The notes beneath the pieces were generated by a model that was not told where the DNA came from, ran no database searches, and saw only the letters and a list, made by a program, of their open reading frames with translations. Positions 1 through 11,882 of a stretch of 32,000 nucleotides of DNA are shown one piece after another. The first letter of the stretch is position 1. Each line of letters opens with the position of its first letter. Source of the DNA: Buchnera aphidicola str. APS (Acyrthosiphon pisum) (GTDB taxonomy: Bacteria > Pseudomonadota > Gammaproteobacteria > Enterobacterales > Enterobacteriaceae); assembly GCF_000009605.1 (NCBI RefSeq), contig NC_002528.1, positions 420,001-452,000 of the forward strand, given 5' to 3'. The translations under genes and the position numbers were made by a program.

Positions 1-74
1 TATCTCTGAAATATAGAAAAATATTATTACTTTTAAATGTAGTACAATCATGAAAAAATCATTTAATAATACTT

Positions 75-160
75 TGGTACCGAGAATGGGACTCGAACCC
101 ACACGCCTATTCGGCACTACCCCCTCAAGATAGCGTGTCTACCAATTCCACCACCTCGGC
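75..160 (-). tRNA. leuU: tRNA-Leu (anticodon GAG), CCA encoded
   Basis: Reverse complement GCCGAGGTGGTGGAATTGGTAGACACGCTATCTTGAGGGGGTAG...GGGTTCGAGTCCCATTCTCGGTACCA. Class II tRNA with long variable arm, anticodon loop TTGAGGG, 3' CCA encoded. Confidence 0.95.
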
Positions 161-205
161 AAAAATGTATTATAATTACATATTTTTTATATTAAATGAA
201 AATAA

Positions 206-535
206 TTAATTAGGTATATCGAGATTTAATTTTTTTTTATCTAAAACATGTTTTTTTGTTATGGTGTTGTTTTGATTATCTTCCCAAAAAAAATCCGAAT
301 CAATTCTTTTACTATTAATATTACACAAAATAATACTTATCAATAAAAAGAAAAAAGCAAGAATTTTAATAATTTTAGTAATAAAATTATTAGTTCCTAT
401 ACTATTAAAAAATTTAATATTATTTTTCGTATGTGAATGAACTGTATTATTCAGTCCTTTTCCCGGTTGAAGTAAAATAAAAAAAATTAAAGAAAAGGAA
501 ATAAAAATAAAAACAATCAAAAAAAATAAATACAT
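206..535 (-). CDS. secG: Preprotein translocase subunit SecG
   Basis: 109 aa ORF. LLQPGKG and the second TM segment followed by [10 protein letters not shown] resemble SecG (LLQQGKG, LGNINSN), and the C-terminus ends DIPN. Adjacent to tRNA-Leu(GAG) as in enterics. Confidence 0.88.
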
Positions 536-796
536 AAAGAGTTATTTCCTTTGTTAAAAAAAATAATTATTAAAATATATTACTGTTTACTTAAATATGC
601 TTTTTTATTAAAAAAAATTTTTATTTTTTATAAAGAATTTATATATAAGATTTTACATATAAATTATCTATTTTTTAAATGATATTGCTTGTCTATTCTA
701 TAAAATATATATTTTTCTATTTTATACTCTGAATAAATAAATAAATGATAATTTCCCAAAATTTATCACAACTATTATTTTTATGAAATATATAAA

Positions 797-2131
797 TTAA
801 AGTAATTTAATAGTTTTTCCAATATATTGAGCTAATTCATAAACTTTTAAATAATCTTCACCTTCTACCATAATTCTAATACATGGTTCTGTACCAGATC
901 GTCGTACTAAAACACGACTATTTTGACCTAAAATATTTTTATATTGAGTGAGAATATTTTGTATTTTTATATCTTTTTCAAAATCTTTATCTTGTTTTAA
1001 AAAAATATTAAGAAAAACTTGAGGAAAAAGTTTTATTTGATTTGATAAATCATATAAAGTCATATGATTATTAATCATAGTTAACAAAACTTGTAAACTA
1101 GCTATAATTCCATCACCAGTAGAATGCTTATCTAACAAAACAATATGTCCTGATTTTTCTGCTCCTAGTATCCACTTTTTTTCTTTAATTTTTTCGTATA
1201 CATTTCGATCCCCTATTTGTGCGGGACAAAAAGGAATTCCAAGTTTTTTTAAACCTAGAATTACACCCATATTAGTCATTGAAGTACCTACAACACCACC
1301 TTTTAATTTATTTTCTTTTAAATATTCTTTTGCAATAATATAAATTATTTGATCTCCATCTACTTGATTTCCTAAATGATCTACCATAATGACACGATCT
1401 CCATCTCCATCAAATGCTAAACCAAGATCAGCTGATTCTGATAAAACTATTTTTTTTAACATCAAGATATTAGTAGATCCTGAATTTTGATTTATATTAA
1501 CTCCATTAGGATTAATAGCAACAGTGATTACCCTTGCTCCTAAATCTTCAAAAATTTTAGGTGCTATCTTAAAAGTTGCACCATTAGCGCAATCTAAAAT
1601 AATAGTAAATTTTGATAAATTTAAATCTTTTGGAAAATTTTTTTTGCAAAAGTCAATATACAGACTTTCAGGATCTAAAATATTATTAGAATGACCAAAA
1701 TTTACATAATCAGGATATAAAAAAGTATGTTGTACTTTTTGCTCAATAGAAAACTCTATTTCTTTAGTTAATTTAACCCCATTTTTATAGAAGATTTTTA
1801 TTCCATTGTCATAAAAAGGATTGTGGGAACCCGAAATAACAATTCCAGCAGAAGCATTTAAAGATTTAGTAAAATAAGAGATGGCTGATGTGGGCATACA
1901 ACCAGCTAGTAAAGTAGATACTCCTGTAGACAAAATACCAAATTCTAAAATAGACTGTAACATGGTTCCAGAAATACGAGTATCTCTTCCAATAATAATT
2001 TTTTGTGTTTTATTTTTACCTAAAACTATTCCAATAGACCATCCTAATTTTAATAAAAAATCAGGTGTTATTGGATTTACTCCTACTTTTCCACGTATAC
2101 CATCTGTTTTAAAATATTGCAAAAAAGTCAT
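797..2131 (-). CDS. glmM: Phosphoglucosamine mutase GlmM
   Basis: 444 aa. FKTDGIRGKVG start, phosphoserine loop ISGSHNPFYDNGIKIF, metal site LAFDGDGDRV, C-terminal VRRSGTEPCIRIMVEG. Confidence 0.97.
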   Translation of the reverse strand: MTFLQYFKTDGIRGKVGVNPITPDFLLKLGWSIGIVLGKNKTQKIIIGRDTRISGTMLQSILEFGILSTGVSTLLAGCMPTSAISYFTKSLNASAGIVISGSHNPFYDNGIKIFYKNGVKLTKEIEFSIEQKVQHTFLYPDYVNFGHSNNILDPESLYIDFCKKNFPKDLNLSKFTIILDCANGATFKIAPKIFEDLGARVITVAINPNGVNINQNSGSTNILMLKKIVLSESADLGLAFDGDGDRVIMVDHLGNQVDGDQIIYIIAKEYLKENKLKGGVVGTSMTNMGVILGLKKLGIPFCPAQIGDRNVYEKIKEKKWILGAEKSGHIVLLDKHSTGDGIIASLQVLLTMINNHMTLYDLSNQIKLFPQVFLNIFLKQDKDFEKDIKIQNILTQYKNILGQNSRVLVRRSGTEPCIRIMVEGEDYLKVYELAQYIGKTIKLL

Positions 2132-2350
2132 AATGATTTCATTCCTGTATTATTGGAAAATAATTATATTTTGCAATAAATATTATTTTTTTAGAAAATA
2201 AGATGAAGTTATAGTAATTTTATCACTTCATCTTATTTTAAGATACATTAAATAAAGGAATGTTGAATATTATAAGATTAGTATTTTTTTAAAATAAAAT
2301 TTCTATAAAATACATAAAAAAAAATATTTATATTTCTTAATTAAAAGAAA

Positions 2351-4195
2351 TTATTTATTTGTATCTGTCTCAATCCATCCCTTTGGTTGTCGTACTTCTC
2401 TTCTTTTCATTAAATCATCAATTTGAAATGCATCAATAGTCTCATATTTTATTAATGCTTCTTTCATAGCATGTAATATATCAATATTTTCATTTAAAAT
2501 ATTTCGAGCCCTGCTATAATTTATTTCAATTAACAACTTTACTTCTTCATCAATGATTCTAGCCGTTTCGTCAGACATATGTTTTGCCTTAGCAACCGAA
2601 CGTCCTAAAAATATTTCTCCTTCTTCTTCAGCGTACAATAAAGGTCCTAATTTTTCTGAAAAACCCCATTGAGTTACCATATTTTTCGCTAAGCTTGTAG
2701 CTATTTTAATATCATTATAAGCACCAGTAGAAACATTTTTAGCACCATAAATAATCTCTTCTGCTAAACGTCCACCATATAAAGTAGATATTTGACTTTC
2801 TAATTTTTGACGACTAATACTAAGAGTATCGGATTCTGGTAAAAAAAATGTAACACCAAGTGCTCGTCCTCTAGGAATGATAGTTACTTTATGTGCAGGA
2901 TCATGATCAGGAACCAGTCTTCCAATAATCACATGGCCAGCTTCATGATATGCCGTAGATTCTTTTTGAAAATCACTCATTACCATAGATCTTCGTTCAG
3001 AACCCATCATCATTTTATCTTTTGCTCTTTCAAATTCCAACATAGAAACTACACGTTTATCAAGTCTAGCCGCAAAAAGAGCTGCTTCGTTAACTAAATT
3101 TGCTAAATCAGCACCTGAAAAACCTGGCGTACCTCGTGCAATAATCATAGGATCTACATCTTTAGATAAAGGCACTTTCCTCATATGTACTTTTAAAATT
3201 TGTTCTCTTCCACGAATATCTGGTAATGCGACAATAACTTGACGATCAAAACGACCAGGTCGTAAGAGTGCAGGATCTAAAACATCAGGTCTATTAGTCG
3301 CAGCTATTAAAATAATACCTTCGTTTCCATCAAAACCGTCCATTTCTACTAGCATTTGATTAAGTGTTTGTTCTCTTTCATCATGTCCTCCACCTAATCC
3401 AGCACCTCTTTGACGTCCTACTGCATCAATTTCATCAATAAAAATTATACAAGGTGCAGATTTTCTTGAATGTTCAAACATATCTCTCACTCTTGAAGCA
3501 CCTACTCCAACAAACATTTCAACAAAATCAGATCCAGAAATCGTAAAAAAAGGAACTTTAGCTTCTCCAGCTATTGCTTTTGCCAATAATGTTTTTCCCG
3601 TACCGGGTGGTCCAACCATTAATATACCCTTGGGAATCTTTCCTCCTAATTTTTGAAAACGACTAGGTTCTTTAAGATATTCCACTAATTCACTAACTTC
3701 CTCTTTTGCCTCATCACATCCAGCAACGTCTGCAAAAGTAGTTTGAATTTGATCTTCTGATAGCATACGTGCTTTGCTTTTTCCAAATGACATCGCACCT
3801 TTTCCACCACCCATTTGCATTTGACGCATAAAAAAAATCCAAACACCAATAAGTAATAACATTGGAAACCAAGATATAAGAATAGAAATAAAGAGACTCG
3901 GTTCCTCGGGAATTGCACCGATAATTTTAACTCTTTTCACTAAAAGATTATCTAAGAGTTTAGGATCATTAATAGGAATATAGGTAGTGTATTTACTGCT
4001 ATCTTTTTTAGTAACACTAATCATGCGTCCGTTAATATATGCTTCACGGATTTGATCTTGATTTACTTCTGATAAAAAAGTTGAATAGTCAACTTTATGG
4101 TTATTTACATCATTAGTGTTAAAATTTTGAAAAATAGACATTAATACAACTGTAATAACTAACCAGAAGATAAGGTTTTTAACCATGTCACTCAA
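2351..4195 (-). CDS. ftsH: ATP-dependent zinc metalloprotease FtsH
   Basis: 614 aa. Two N-terminal TM segments, Walker [12 protein letters not shown] region, AYHEAGHVI zinc protease motif. Confidence 0.98.
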   Translation of the reverse strand: MSDMVKNLIFWLVITVVLMSIFQNFNTNDVNNHKVDYSTFLSEVNQDQIREAYINGRMISVTKKDSSKYTTYIPINDPKLLDNLLVKRVKIIGAIPEEPSLFISILISWFPMLLLIGVWIFFMRQMQMGGGKGAMSFGKSKARMLSEDQIQTTFADVAGCDEAKEEVSELVEYLKEPSRFQKLGGKIPKGILMVGPPGTGKTLLAKAIAGEAKVPFFTISGSDFVEMFVGVGASRVRDMFEHSRKSAPCIIFIDEIDAVGRQRGAGLGGGHDEREQTLNQMLVEMDGFDGNEGIILIAATNRPDVLDPALLRPGRFDRQVIVALPDIRGREQILKVHMRKVPLSKDVDPMIIARGTPGFSGADLANLVNEAALFAARLDKRVVSMLEFERAKDKMMMGSERRSMVMSDFQKESTAYHEAGHVIIGRLVPDHDPAHKVTIIPRGRALGVTFFLPESDTLSISRQKLESQISTLYGGRLAEEIIYGAKNVSTGAYNDIKIATSLAKNMVTQWGFSEKLGPLLYAEEEGEIFLGRSVAKAKHMSDETARIIDEEVKLLIEINYSRARNILNENIDILHAMKEALIKYETIDAFQIDDLMKRREVRQPKGWIETDTNK

Positions 4196-4251
4196 AGGAA
4201 CAACCTCTCATTGAATCTATATTTTAAAAACAACACAGACTATTATAATAT

Positions 4252-4872
4252 TTATCTGGTTGCCAGAATGAATATCTCTCGAGATCTTGTTCGAGAAGTT
4301 TTAGGTTTGCAAATTTTAATTTTTTTAAATAACATTTTAATTTCTTTATACAATTCATTAAAACCCTCTCCCTGAAATGATTTTAACAAAAAAATACCAT
4401 TTTTAGATAAAACATGTTCTGATATTTTTAATGCTAACTTGCATAACTCAATAATACGCGGCATATCAATAGAAAAATTCCCTGTTATATTAGGAGCCAT
4501 ATCTGACATAACTAAATGAAATGTAATATTGCTAAAAGTATTTAGCATTAAATTGAGTGTTTTTTTATTACGAAAATCTCCTTGAAAAATATCAACACCT
4601 GTTATTGGTCTAATAGGTAATATATCACAAGCTATAATACGTCCCTTTTTTCCTATTCTATTACTGGCATATTGTGACCAACTTCCAGGAGCAGCGCCTA
4701 AATCAATAACATTCATACCAATTTTAAATATTTTATTATTTTTGTCTAATTGTTCTAATTTAAACCAAGCTCTTGAACGTATATTATTTTTTTTTGCTGC
4801 CTTGACATATTGATCTTGAAAATGTTCTAATAACCAACGATTTGAACGATGTTTTTTTTTTTGAACAATCAT
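4252..4872 (-). CDS. rlmE: 23S rRNA (uridine-2'-O-)-methyltransferase RlmE (FtsJ/RrmJ)
   Basis: 206 aa. RSRAWFKLEQLDK, VIDLGAAPGSWSQYA and VMSDMAPNITGN motifs. Upstream of ftsH as in the rlmE-ftsH operon. Confidence 0.95.
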   Translation of the reverse strand: MIVQKKKHRSNRWLLEHFQDQYVKAAKKNNIRSRAWFKLEQLDKNNKIFKIGMNVIDLGAAPGSWSQYASNRIGKKGRIIACDILPIRPITGVDIFQGDFRNKKTLNLMLNTFSNITFHLVMSDMAPNITGNFSIDMPRIIELCKLALKISEHVLSKNGIFLLKSFQGEGFNELYKEIKMLFKKIKICKPKTSRTRSREIFILATR

Positions 4873-4945
4873 GTTTTCTCTATTTTAAAATCAATTTTTC
4901 AATAAAAATTTTAATAAAACTAAATCATTTTAAAATTTTTTAAAA

Positions 4946-5425
4946 TTATATGTAATTTATCTTTAAAATTTTATATTCAACATCACCTCCTGGTGTACAT
5001 ATGATTACAACATCATTAATTTCTTTTCCAATAAGACCTCTTGCTATTGGAGAATTAATAGAAATTAAATTTTTTTTAAAATCAGATTCATCATCGCCTA
5101 CAATCCGATAGGTAAACTTTTCATTGTTTTTAATATTTAAAATACTAACAGTAGAACCAAAAATTACTCTGCCATTATTAGATATTTTTGTTACATCTAT
5201 AATTTGAGAATTAGATAGTTTTAATTCAATTTCTTTAATACGTCCTTCACAGAAACTCTGTTCTTCACGAGCTGAATGATATTCAGCATTCTCTTTTAAA
5301 TCACCATGTTCTCTAGCTTCTGCTATTGCTGCAATAATACGAGGACGATTTATACTTTTTAATTTTTTTAGTTCTCGACGAAGTTTTTCAGCCCCTCTTA
5401 CAGTCATTGGAATTAGATTAATCAT
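4946..5425 (-). CDS. greA: Transcription elongation factor GreA
   Basis: 159 aa. [13 protein letters not shown] start, coiled-coil region, C-terminal [16 protein letters not shown]. Confidence 0.96.
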   Translation of the reverse strand: MINLIPMTVRGAEKLRRELKKLKSINRPRIIAAIAEAREHGDLKENAEYHSAREEQSFCEGRIKEIELKLSNSQIIDVTKISNNGRVIFGSTVSILNIKNNEKFTYRIVGDDESDFKKNLISINSPIARGLIGKEINDVVIICTPGGDVEYKILKINYI

Positions 5426-5948
5426 ATTAATACTCCATCATTTTTTATTTAATATTTCACCATAATATCTAAAAAATAAAAATATTTTTTAAAATTCAAA
5501 AAAATGTTAAATTGTCTTATTGTGTTTGATAAGATTATAGCTTTATATAATTTTTACTATTAGCTTTCTATTTTAGATATTTAAAACTTTTTAAATAGAA
5601 AACCATAAAAATATAGCTTTATTTTAAAAAGATCTAATAAAATCAGATAAATTATATAAAAAGATATTTAAAAAATATAAAAAAAATTAAATTTATTTAA
5701 TAAATTACTTAAAACTTATTTTTATAAAATTTAATAATTTTTTACAAAAAAGATATCTTTTAAGATTGAAATATATCTATCTATTTTAAAGTAAAAAATA
5801 TAATTTATCAAAACTTTAAAAATTTAGTTATATATTCATCTATTCTCGTTTGACTTAATAACCTATATTTTCACTTAATAAGCAAATATTAATTATTTTT
5901 AATATTTTCATAGAATAGTGAAATATCTAATTAAAAGTAAATTTTAAA

Positions 5949-6191
5949 ATGGACAATCAAGAAATAAAATTATTACTTATTAAAAAATTAAATTTAGAAC
6001 AAGCTAATATTACAGGAGACAGCAATCATATAAAAATAATTGCTATAGGAAATATTTTCAAAAATGTCAGCCAAGTAAAAAGACAACAAATAATTTATGC
6101 CCCTTTAATAGATATGATTAAAGAAAAACATATTCATGCTGTATCTATAATGTCCTATACACCGGAAGAATGGGAAAAAACAAAAAAATAA
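5949..6191 (+). CDS. ibaG: BolA-family acid stress protein IbaG (YrbA)
   Basis: 80 aa BolA-like protein with KRQQIIYAPLIDMI...HAVSIMSYTPEEW, immediately upstream of murA as in enterics. Confidence 0.88.
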   Translation: MDNQEIKLLLIKKLNLEQANITGDSNHIKIIAIGNIFKNVSQVKRQQIIYAPLIDMIKEKHIHAVSIMSYTPEEWEKTKK

Positions 6192-6252
6192 ATATTTCTA
6201 ATGATCTATTGAAATAAAAATTATATTAATACATACAGAGATTAATGGATAC

Positions 6253-7503
6253 ATGGAAAAATTATACGTAGAAGGAAATAAAATATTAAATGGCCATGTT
6301 ATCATTTCTGGTTCTAAAAACGCGGCTTTACCTATTTTATTTATGACTATATTAACAGAAGGAAAAATAAAAATCGGAAATATTCCGAATTTAACGGACA
6401 TTAACATAGCACTTAAATTGCTAGTATATTTAGGAGTAAAAATAACAGGAAACGAAACATTATGTATTGATGCTAGTTCGATAAATATTTTTTGTCCTCC
6501 ATACAATTTAATCAATAAAATCAGAGCTTCTATCTGGATGTTAGGTCCTCTTTTAGCTCGTTTTGGCAAAGCTAAAATATTTTTACCTGGAGGATGTAAA
6601 ATTGGCAGTAGACCTATAGATTTACATTTAAATGGTTTAACACAATTAGGTGCAACAATTAACTTAAAAAATAACTGTATTGATGCTTATGTTAAAGGAC
6701 GTTTACAAGGAAAATACATTTTAATGGAAAAAATTAGTGTTGGTGCTACCATTACAATTATGAGTGCAGCCACTTTAGCGAAAGGCTCTACAATTATTGA
6801 TAACGCCGCTTGCGAACCAGAAATTGTTGATATTGCAAAGTTTTTAAATACCTTAGGAGCTGATATTATTGGGGCAGGAAGTAATAAAATATGTATTAAA
6901 GGCGTCTTAAAATTAACTGGTGGTACACATCAAGTCATTCCTGATAGAATTGAAACAGGAACATTTTTAGTTGCTGCGGCAGCCTCTCAAGGTCATATTA
7001 CTTGTCATAAGACTGAACCTAAACATTTAACAAATGTATTGATGAAACTAACTGAAGCCGGAGCAAAAATAAAAACAGGAAAAGATTGGATTAAATTAGA
7101 CATGAGAGGTAAAAGACCTAAATCTTTAAATATTTGCACTGCTCCTTATCCTGGATTTCCAACAGATATGCAGGCTCAATTTGCTCTATTAAACAGTATT
7201 TCTAAAGGCATAGGTACTATTACTGAAACCATATTTGAAAACCGTTTTATTTACACCTCTGAATTAATTAGGATGGGAGCTAAAATAAAAATTAAAAATA
7301 ACACCATTATATGTTATGGAATACCTAAATTAATATCTTCTAATGTCTTTTCTAGTGATTTAAGAGCATCAGCAACATTAATATTAGCAGGATGTATTGC
7401 GGCAGGTATAACAATAGTTAATCATACTTATCATCTTGTCAGAGGATATGAATCATTTCCTAAAAAATTAAATAAGATAGGAGCTAATATTAAGATAATA
7501 TAG
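6253..7503 (+). CDS. murA: UDP-N-acetylglucosamine 1-carboxyvinyltransferase MurA
   Basis: 416 aa. SGSKNAALPIL, catalytic-cysteine loop FLPGGCKIGSRPIDLH, PGFPTDMQAQF. Confidence 0.98.
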   Translation: MEKLYVEGNKILNGHVIISGSKNAALPILFMTILTEGKIKIGNIPNLTDINIALKLLVYLGVKITGNETLCIDASSINIFCPPYNLINKIRASIWMLGPLLARFGKAKIFLPGGCKIGSRPIDLHLNGLTQLGATINLKNNCIDAYVKGRLQGKYILMEKISVGATITIMSAATLAKGSTIIDNAACEPEIVDIAKFLNTLGADIIGAGSNKICIKGVLKLTGGTHQVIPDRIETGTFLVAAAASQGHITCHKTEPKHLTNVLMKLTEAGAKIKTGKDWIKLDMRGKRPKSLNICTAPYPGFPTDMQAQFALLNSISKGIGTITETIFENRFIYTSELIRMGAKIKIKNNTIICYGIPKLISSNVFSSDLRASATLILAGCIAAGITIVNHTYHLVRGYESFPKKLNKIGANIKII

Positions 7504-7641
7504 ATATAATCAATTTTTTCTATAATATTTAACAAAATTTTGAATAATAATATTCTTTATTAAAAATGTTTTTTTAAAAAATTTAATGATTTTTTGTAAA
7601 AACATTATAAAAATATAATTATTAAATAACTGGAGTGTTTT

Positions 7642-7968
7642 ATGTATGCAGTTTTTATAAGTGGTGGAAAACAATATCGAGTAGTTAAAAATCAAATTAT
7701 TAGATTAGAGAAATTAAACAGTCCACTAGGAACAACAATAGAATTTGATAAGATTTTAATGCTTTTTGATAAAGATTCTATAAAAATTGGAACCCCTTTT
7801 GTAGAAGGAGGAACAATAAAAGCTCATATTCAAAATCATGGTCGTCTTAAAAAAATTAAAATAATTAAATTTAATCGTCGTAAACATTATAAAAAACAGC
7901 AAGGTCATCGTCAATATTTTACCGACGTAAAAATCATAGATATTAATAGTATTAAAGGAGAAGTTTAA
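7642..7968 (+). CDS. rplU: 50S ribosomal protein L21
   Basis: 108 aa. [14 protein letters not shown] and [17 protein letters not shown]. Confidence 0.97.
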   Translation: MYAVFISGGKQYRVVKNQIIRLEKLNSPLGTTIEFDKILMLFDKDSIKIGTPFVEGGTIKAHIQNHGRLKKIKIIKFNRRKHYKKQQGHRQYFTDVKIIDINSIKGEV

Positions 7969-7972
7969 ATAA

Positions 7973-8227
7973 ATGGCACACAAAAAAGCTGGTGGTTCTA
8001 CTAGAAATGGACGAGATTCTAATGCTCAAAGATTGGGTGTTAAATGTTTTGGGGGGCAATTAATCTCAGCAGGCAGTATAATTGTAAAACAACGTGGGAC
8101 AAAATTTCATCCTGGTAAAAATGTAGGATGTGGGAAAGATCACACTATTTTTGCAATAGTAAAAGGAAAAGTGGAATTTAAAAAAAAAGGATTAAAAAAA
8201 AGAACATACATAAACATTATAAATTAG
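7973..8227 (+). CDS. rpmA: 50S ribosomal protein L27
   Basis: 84 aa. [29 protein letters not shown], directly downstream of rplU. Confidence 0.98.
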   Translation: MAHKKAGGSTRNGRDSNAQRLGVKCFGGQLISAGSIIVKQRGTKFHPGKNVGCGKDHTIFAIVKGKVEFKKKGLKKRTYINIIN

Positions 8228-8247
8228 ACATGTTATTTATATAAACA

Positions 8248-8277
8248 AACCCCTTTTCAAGGGGTTCTATCTTTTTT
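8248..8277 (+). terminator. Probable Rho-independent terminator of rplU-rpmA
   Basis: Perfect 8-bp stem AACCCCTT / loop TTC / AAGGGGTT followed closely by a T-run (CTATCTTTTTT), just after the rpmA stop. Confidence 0.75.
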
Positions 8278-8375
8278 ATCAAAATATAAGATATAAAAAG
8301 TTAATAAATTTCGTAAATATAAGTATTAAATGTCAAAATGCTTACTAATAATGATGGAATATTAAAAACGGATAA

Positions 8376-9382
<1,007 letters not shown>

Positions 9383-9383
<1 letters not shown>

Positions 9384-9421
9384 AAAAGAACTCGGTTCAT
9401 TAAGAAAACCAAGTTCTTTTT
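9383..9421. terminator. Probable bidirectional terminator between convergent obgE and rpsI
   Basis: Inverted repeat AAAAAGAACTCGGTT ... AACCAAGTTCTTTTT (one mismatch) with A-run on the 5' side and T-run on the 3' side. Confidence 0.7.
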
Positions 9422-9450
9422 AATCAAAACTACTTACATCTTGTTCAAGT

Positions 9451-9843
9451 TTAACGTTTAGAAAATTGCGGACGTTTTCTAGCTTTTCGGAAACCGACTT
9501 TTTTACGTTCAACTTGACGCGAATCACGTGTTACAAATCCAGCTTTTCTTAATTCAAAACGCAATGTTTGATTATATTTAATTAAAGCACGAGTAATACC
9601 TTGACGAATTGCACCTGCTTGACCAGAAATACCTCCTCCTTTTACCGTGATATAAATATTAAATTTGTCTACCATGTCTACTAATTCTAATGGTTGACGT
9701 ACAATCATACAAGAAGTTTCACGACCAAAATATTCGTTTAAAGAACGTTTGTTGACAACAATCTCTCCATTACCAGATCTAAGAAATACTCTAGCAGAAG
9801 AGCTTTTACGACGACCGGTACCATAGTTTTGAGTTTGAATCAT
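9451..9843 (-). CDS. rpsI: 30S ribosomal protein S9
   Basis: 130 aa. [14 protein letters not shown] and C-terminal [17 protein letters not shown]. Confidence 0.98.
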   Translation of the reverse strand: MIQTQNYGTGRRKSSSARVFLRSGNGEIVVNKRSLNEYFGRETSCMIVRQPLELVDMVDKFNIYITVKGGGISGQAGAIRQGITRALIKYNQTLRFELRKAGFVTRDSRQVERKKVGFRKARKRPQFSKR

Positions 9844-9863
9844 TTATTTTATATACCTTTCTG

Positions 9864-10292
9864 TCAAATATTTAATAATTGAGGACACTGAGCTATATGT
9901 TCATGATTTTCATTAGAAAAAACTTTTAACTTTTTAAACATAGAACGTCCTAGAGCACCTTTTGGAAGCATACCTTTTACAGCAATTTCAATAACTCTTT
10001 CTGGATGACTAGAAATCATTTCTTCAAATCTAGATTGTTTTATACCACCTACGTAACCTGTATGATGATAATAAATTTTATTAATCCTTTTATTTCCTGT
10101 GACTAATATTTTAGAAGCATTTATAACGATGATATAATCACCAGTATCAAGATGCGGAGTATATTCTGTCTTATGTTTCCCTCTAAGATGAAACGATAAT
10201 GCACTTGCTAATCGGCCTAATATTTTATTTGTGGCATCTACATAATACCAATGTCTTTTAATATTACTTGATTTAATTGAAAAAGTTTTCAT
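9864..10292 (-). CDS. rplM: 50S ribosomal protein L13
   Basis: 142 aa. [16 protein letters not shown]...[12 protein letters not shown]-like segment ([16 protein letters not shown]), upstream of rpsI. Confidence 0.98.
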   Translation of the reverse strand: MKTFSIKSSNIKRHWYYVDATNKILGRLASALSFHLRGKHKTEYTPHLDTGDYIIVINASKILVTGNKRINKIYYHHTGYVGGIKQSRFEEMISSHPERVIEIAVKGMLPKGALGRSMFKKLKVFSNENHEHIAQCPQLLNI

Positions 10293-10543
10293 ATAAAATC
10301 TACTTAAATGTGATTATTTATATAGAAAATAATACTATGATTGGCATTAATAAGATATAGTAAACATATTTTACTAAAATATATTTTTAAAGTATTTATA
10401 TATATCATTTCTAGAATTAAATTAATTAAATCAATCATATTTTTAATAATGATATATATTTTTCTGTATTAACTTTATAAAAAATTTTTATAAATATTCT
10501 ATTTTATATTCAGATACATTATATCTTTTATAGGTAATAAATT

Positions 10544-11701
10544 ATGCCTGCTAACAATTCCTTGCTAATCTTTCGTGACGAAATTAATAACATTGATAAA
10601 AAAATAGTAAAATTATTGGCCGAAAGAAAAAATTTAGTATTTAAAATAGCTCAATCAAAAATAGAAAATAATCAGGCGATAAGAGATATAGAACGTGAAA
10701 AAAAAATGTTGCAAAAATTAATTTTTTTGGGGAAAAAATACAATTTAAAATCCGAATATATCACTCAATTATTTCAACTAATAATTGAAGAATCTGTGGC
10801 AACTCAAAAAAAGTTATTAAAGAAATTTTGCAATCATAATAAATTAATTCCTGCTAATTTTTCATTTCTCGGTCCTAAAGGTTCTTACTCTCATATTGCT
10901 GCTTATAAATATGCAGATCTCAATTTTCAAAAATGTATTACAAATGAATGCTCAACATTTGAAGAAGTAGTTCTATCAGTCGAAAATAATCAATCAGATT
11001 ATGCTGTTTTACCAATTGAAAACACCTGTTCTGGTTCTATTAATGAAGTTTTTGATATTTTAAAAAAAACTAATTTATTTATTATTGGAGAAATTAATAT
11101 TTTTATAAACCATAATTTACTTACTCTTAAAAAAATTGAACTAAATAAGATTAAAACAATATATAGTCATCCTCAGCCATTTCAACAATGCAGTGATTTT
11201 ATTAAAAAATTTCCAGAATGGAAAATTAAATATACTAAGAGTACTGCAGATGCAATGAAAAAAATTAAGAAATATAATGACGTAACTAATGCAGCATTAG
11301 GAAGCGAAATAGGAAGCAAAATTTACGGATTAGAAATATTAATGAAAAATTTAGCAAATAAAGAAAATAATATTACGAGATTTATTTTATTAAATCGCAA
11401 TCCTAAAAAAATTTCTAAAAACATACCAACTACAACAACATTAATATTTACTACAGGACAAGAAGCAGGATCTCTTTCTAAAGTATTATCAATATTGCAA
11501 GAAAAAAAATTAATTATGAAAAAATTAACTTCTCAAAAAATTTACAAAAATCCATGGGAGGAAATGTTTTATATTGATATTCAAGTCAATTTATCATCAA
11601 CACTAATGCAAGATGCTCTTGAAAAAATCAAAAAAATTACTAGATTTATAAAAATTTTAGGCTGTTATCCTAGTGAAAAAATAACCCCAATAGCACCGTA
11701 A
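10544..11701 (+). CDS. pheA: Bifunctional chorismate mutase / prephenate dehydratase PheA
   Basis: 385 aa. Chorismate mutase domain, FLGPKGSYSHIAAYKY and VLPIENTCSGSINEV (PDT domain), C-terminal ACT-like domain ending NPWEEMFYIDIQ...LGCYPSE. Confidence 0.97.
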   Translation: MPANNSLLIFRDEINNIDKKIVKLLAERKNLVFKIAQSKIENNQAIRDIEREKKMLQKLIFLGKKYNLKSEYITQLFQLIIEESVATQKKLLKKFCNHNKLIPANFSFLGPKGSYSHIAAYKYADLNFQKCITNECSTFEEVVLSVENNQSDYAVLPIENTCSGSINEVFDILKKTNLFIIGEINIFINHNLLTLKKIELNKIKTIYSHPQPFQQCSDFIKKFPEWKIKYTKSTADAMKKIKKYNDVTNAALGSEIGSKIYGLEILMKNLANKENNITRFILLNRNPKKISKNIPTTTTLIFTTGQEAGSLSKVLSILQEKKLIMKKLTSQKIYKNPWEEMFYIDIQVNLSSTLMQDALEKIKKITRFIKILGCYPSEKITPIAP

Positions 11702-11882
11702 AATTTCTAAAAAACGATTTTTTTTTAAGAAAATAAAAATCATGCGTTCAAATATGAAAAATTTTTTTAATAATTTTTAAAAATAAAAGATAATTATTTT
11801 TTAATTAACAGAAATTATATTTTAAAGGTGATTGTTTTTACCTCAAATAAAATATTAATAAATTTAATGTGAGTAATAAATA

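Noticed and set aside
1881-3918. Antisense ORFs 1881..2201 (+), 2891..3097 (+) and 3685..3918 (-).
   Set aside because: 1881..2201 and 2891..3097 are on the opposite strand within glmM and ftsH, and 3685..3918 is an out-of-frame reading of ftsH. None shows recognisable motifs.
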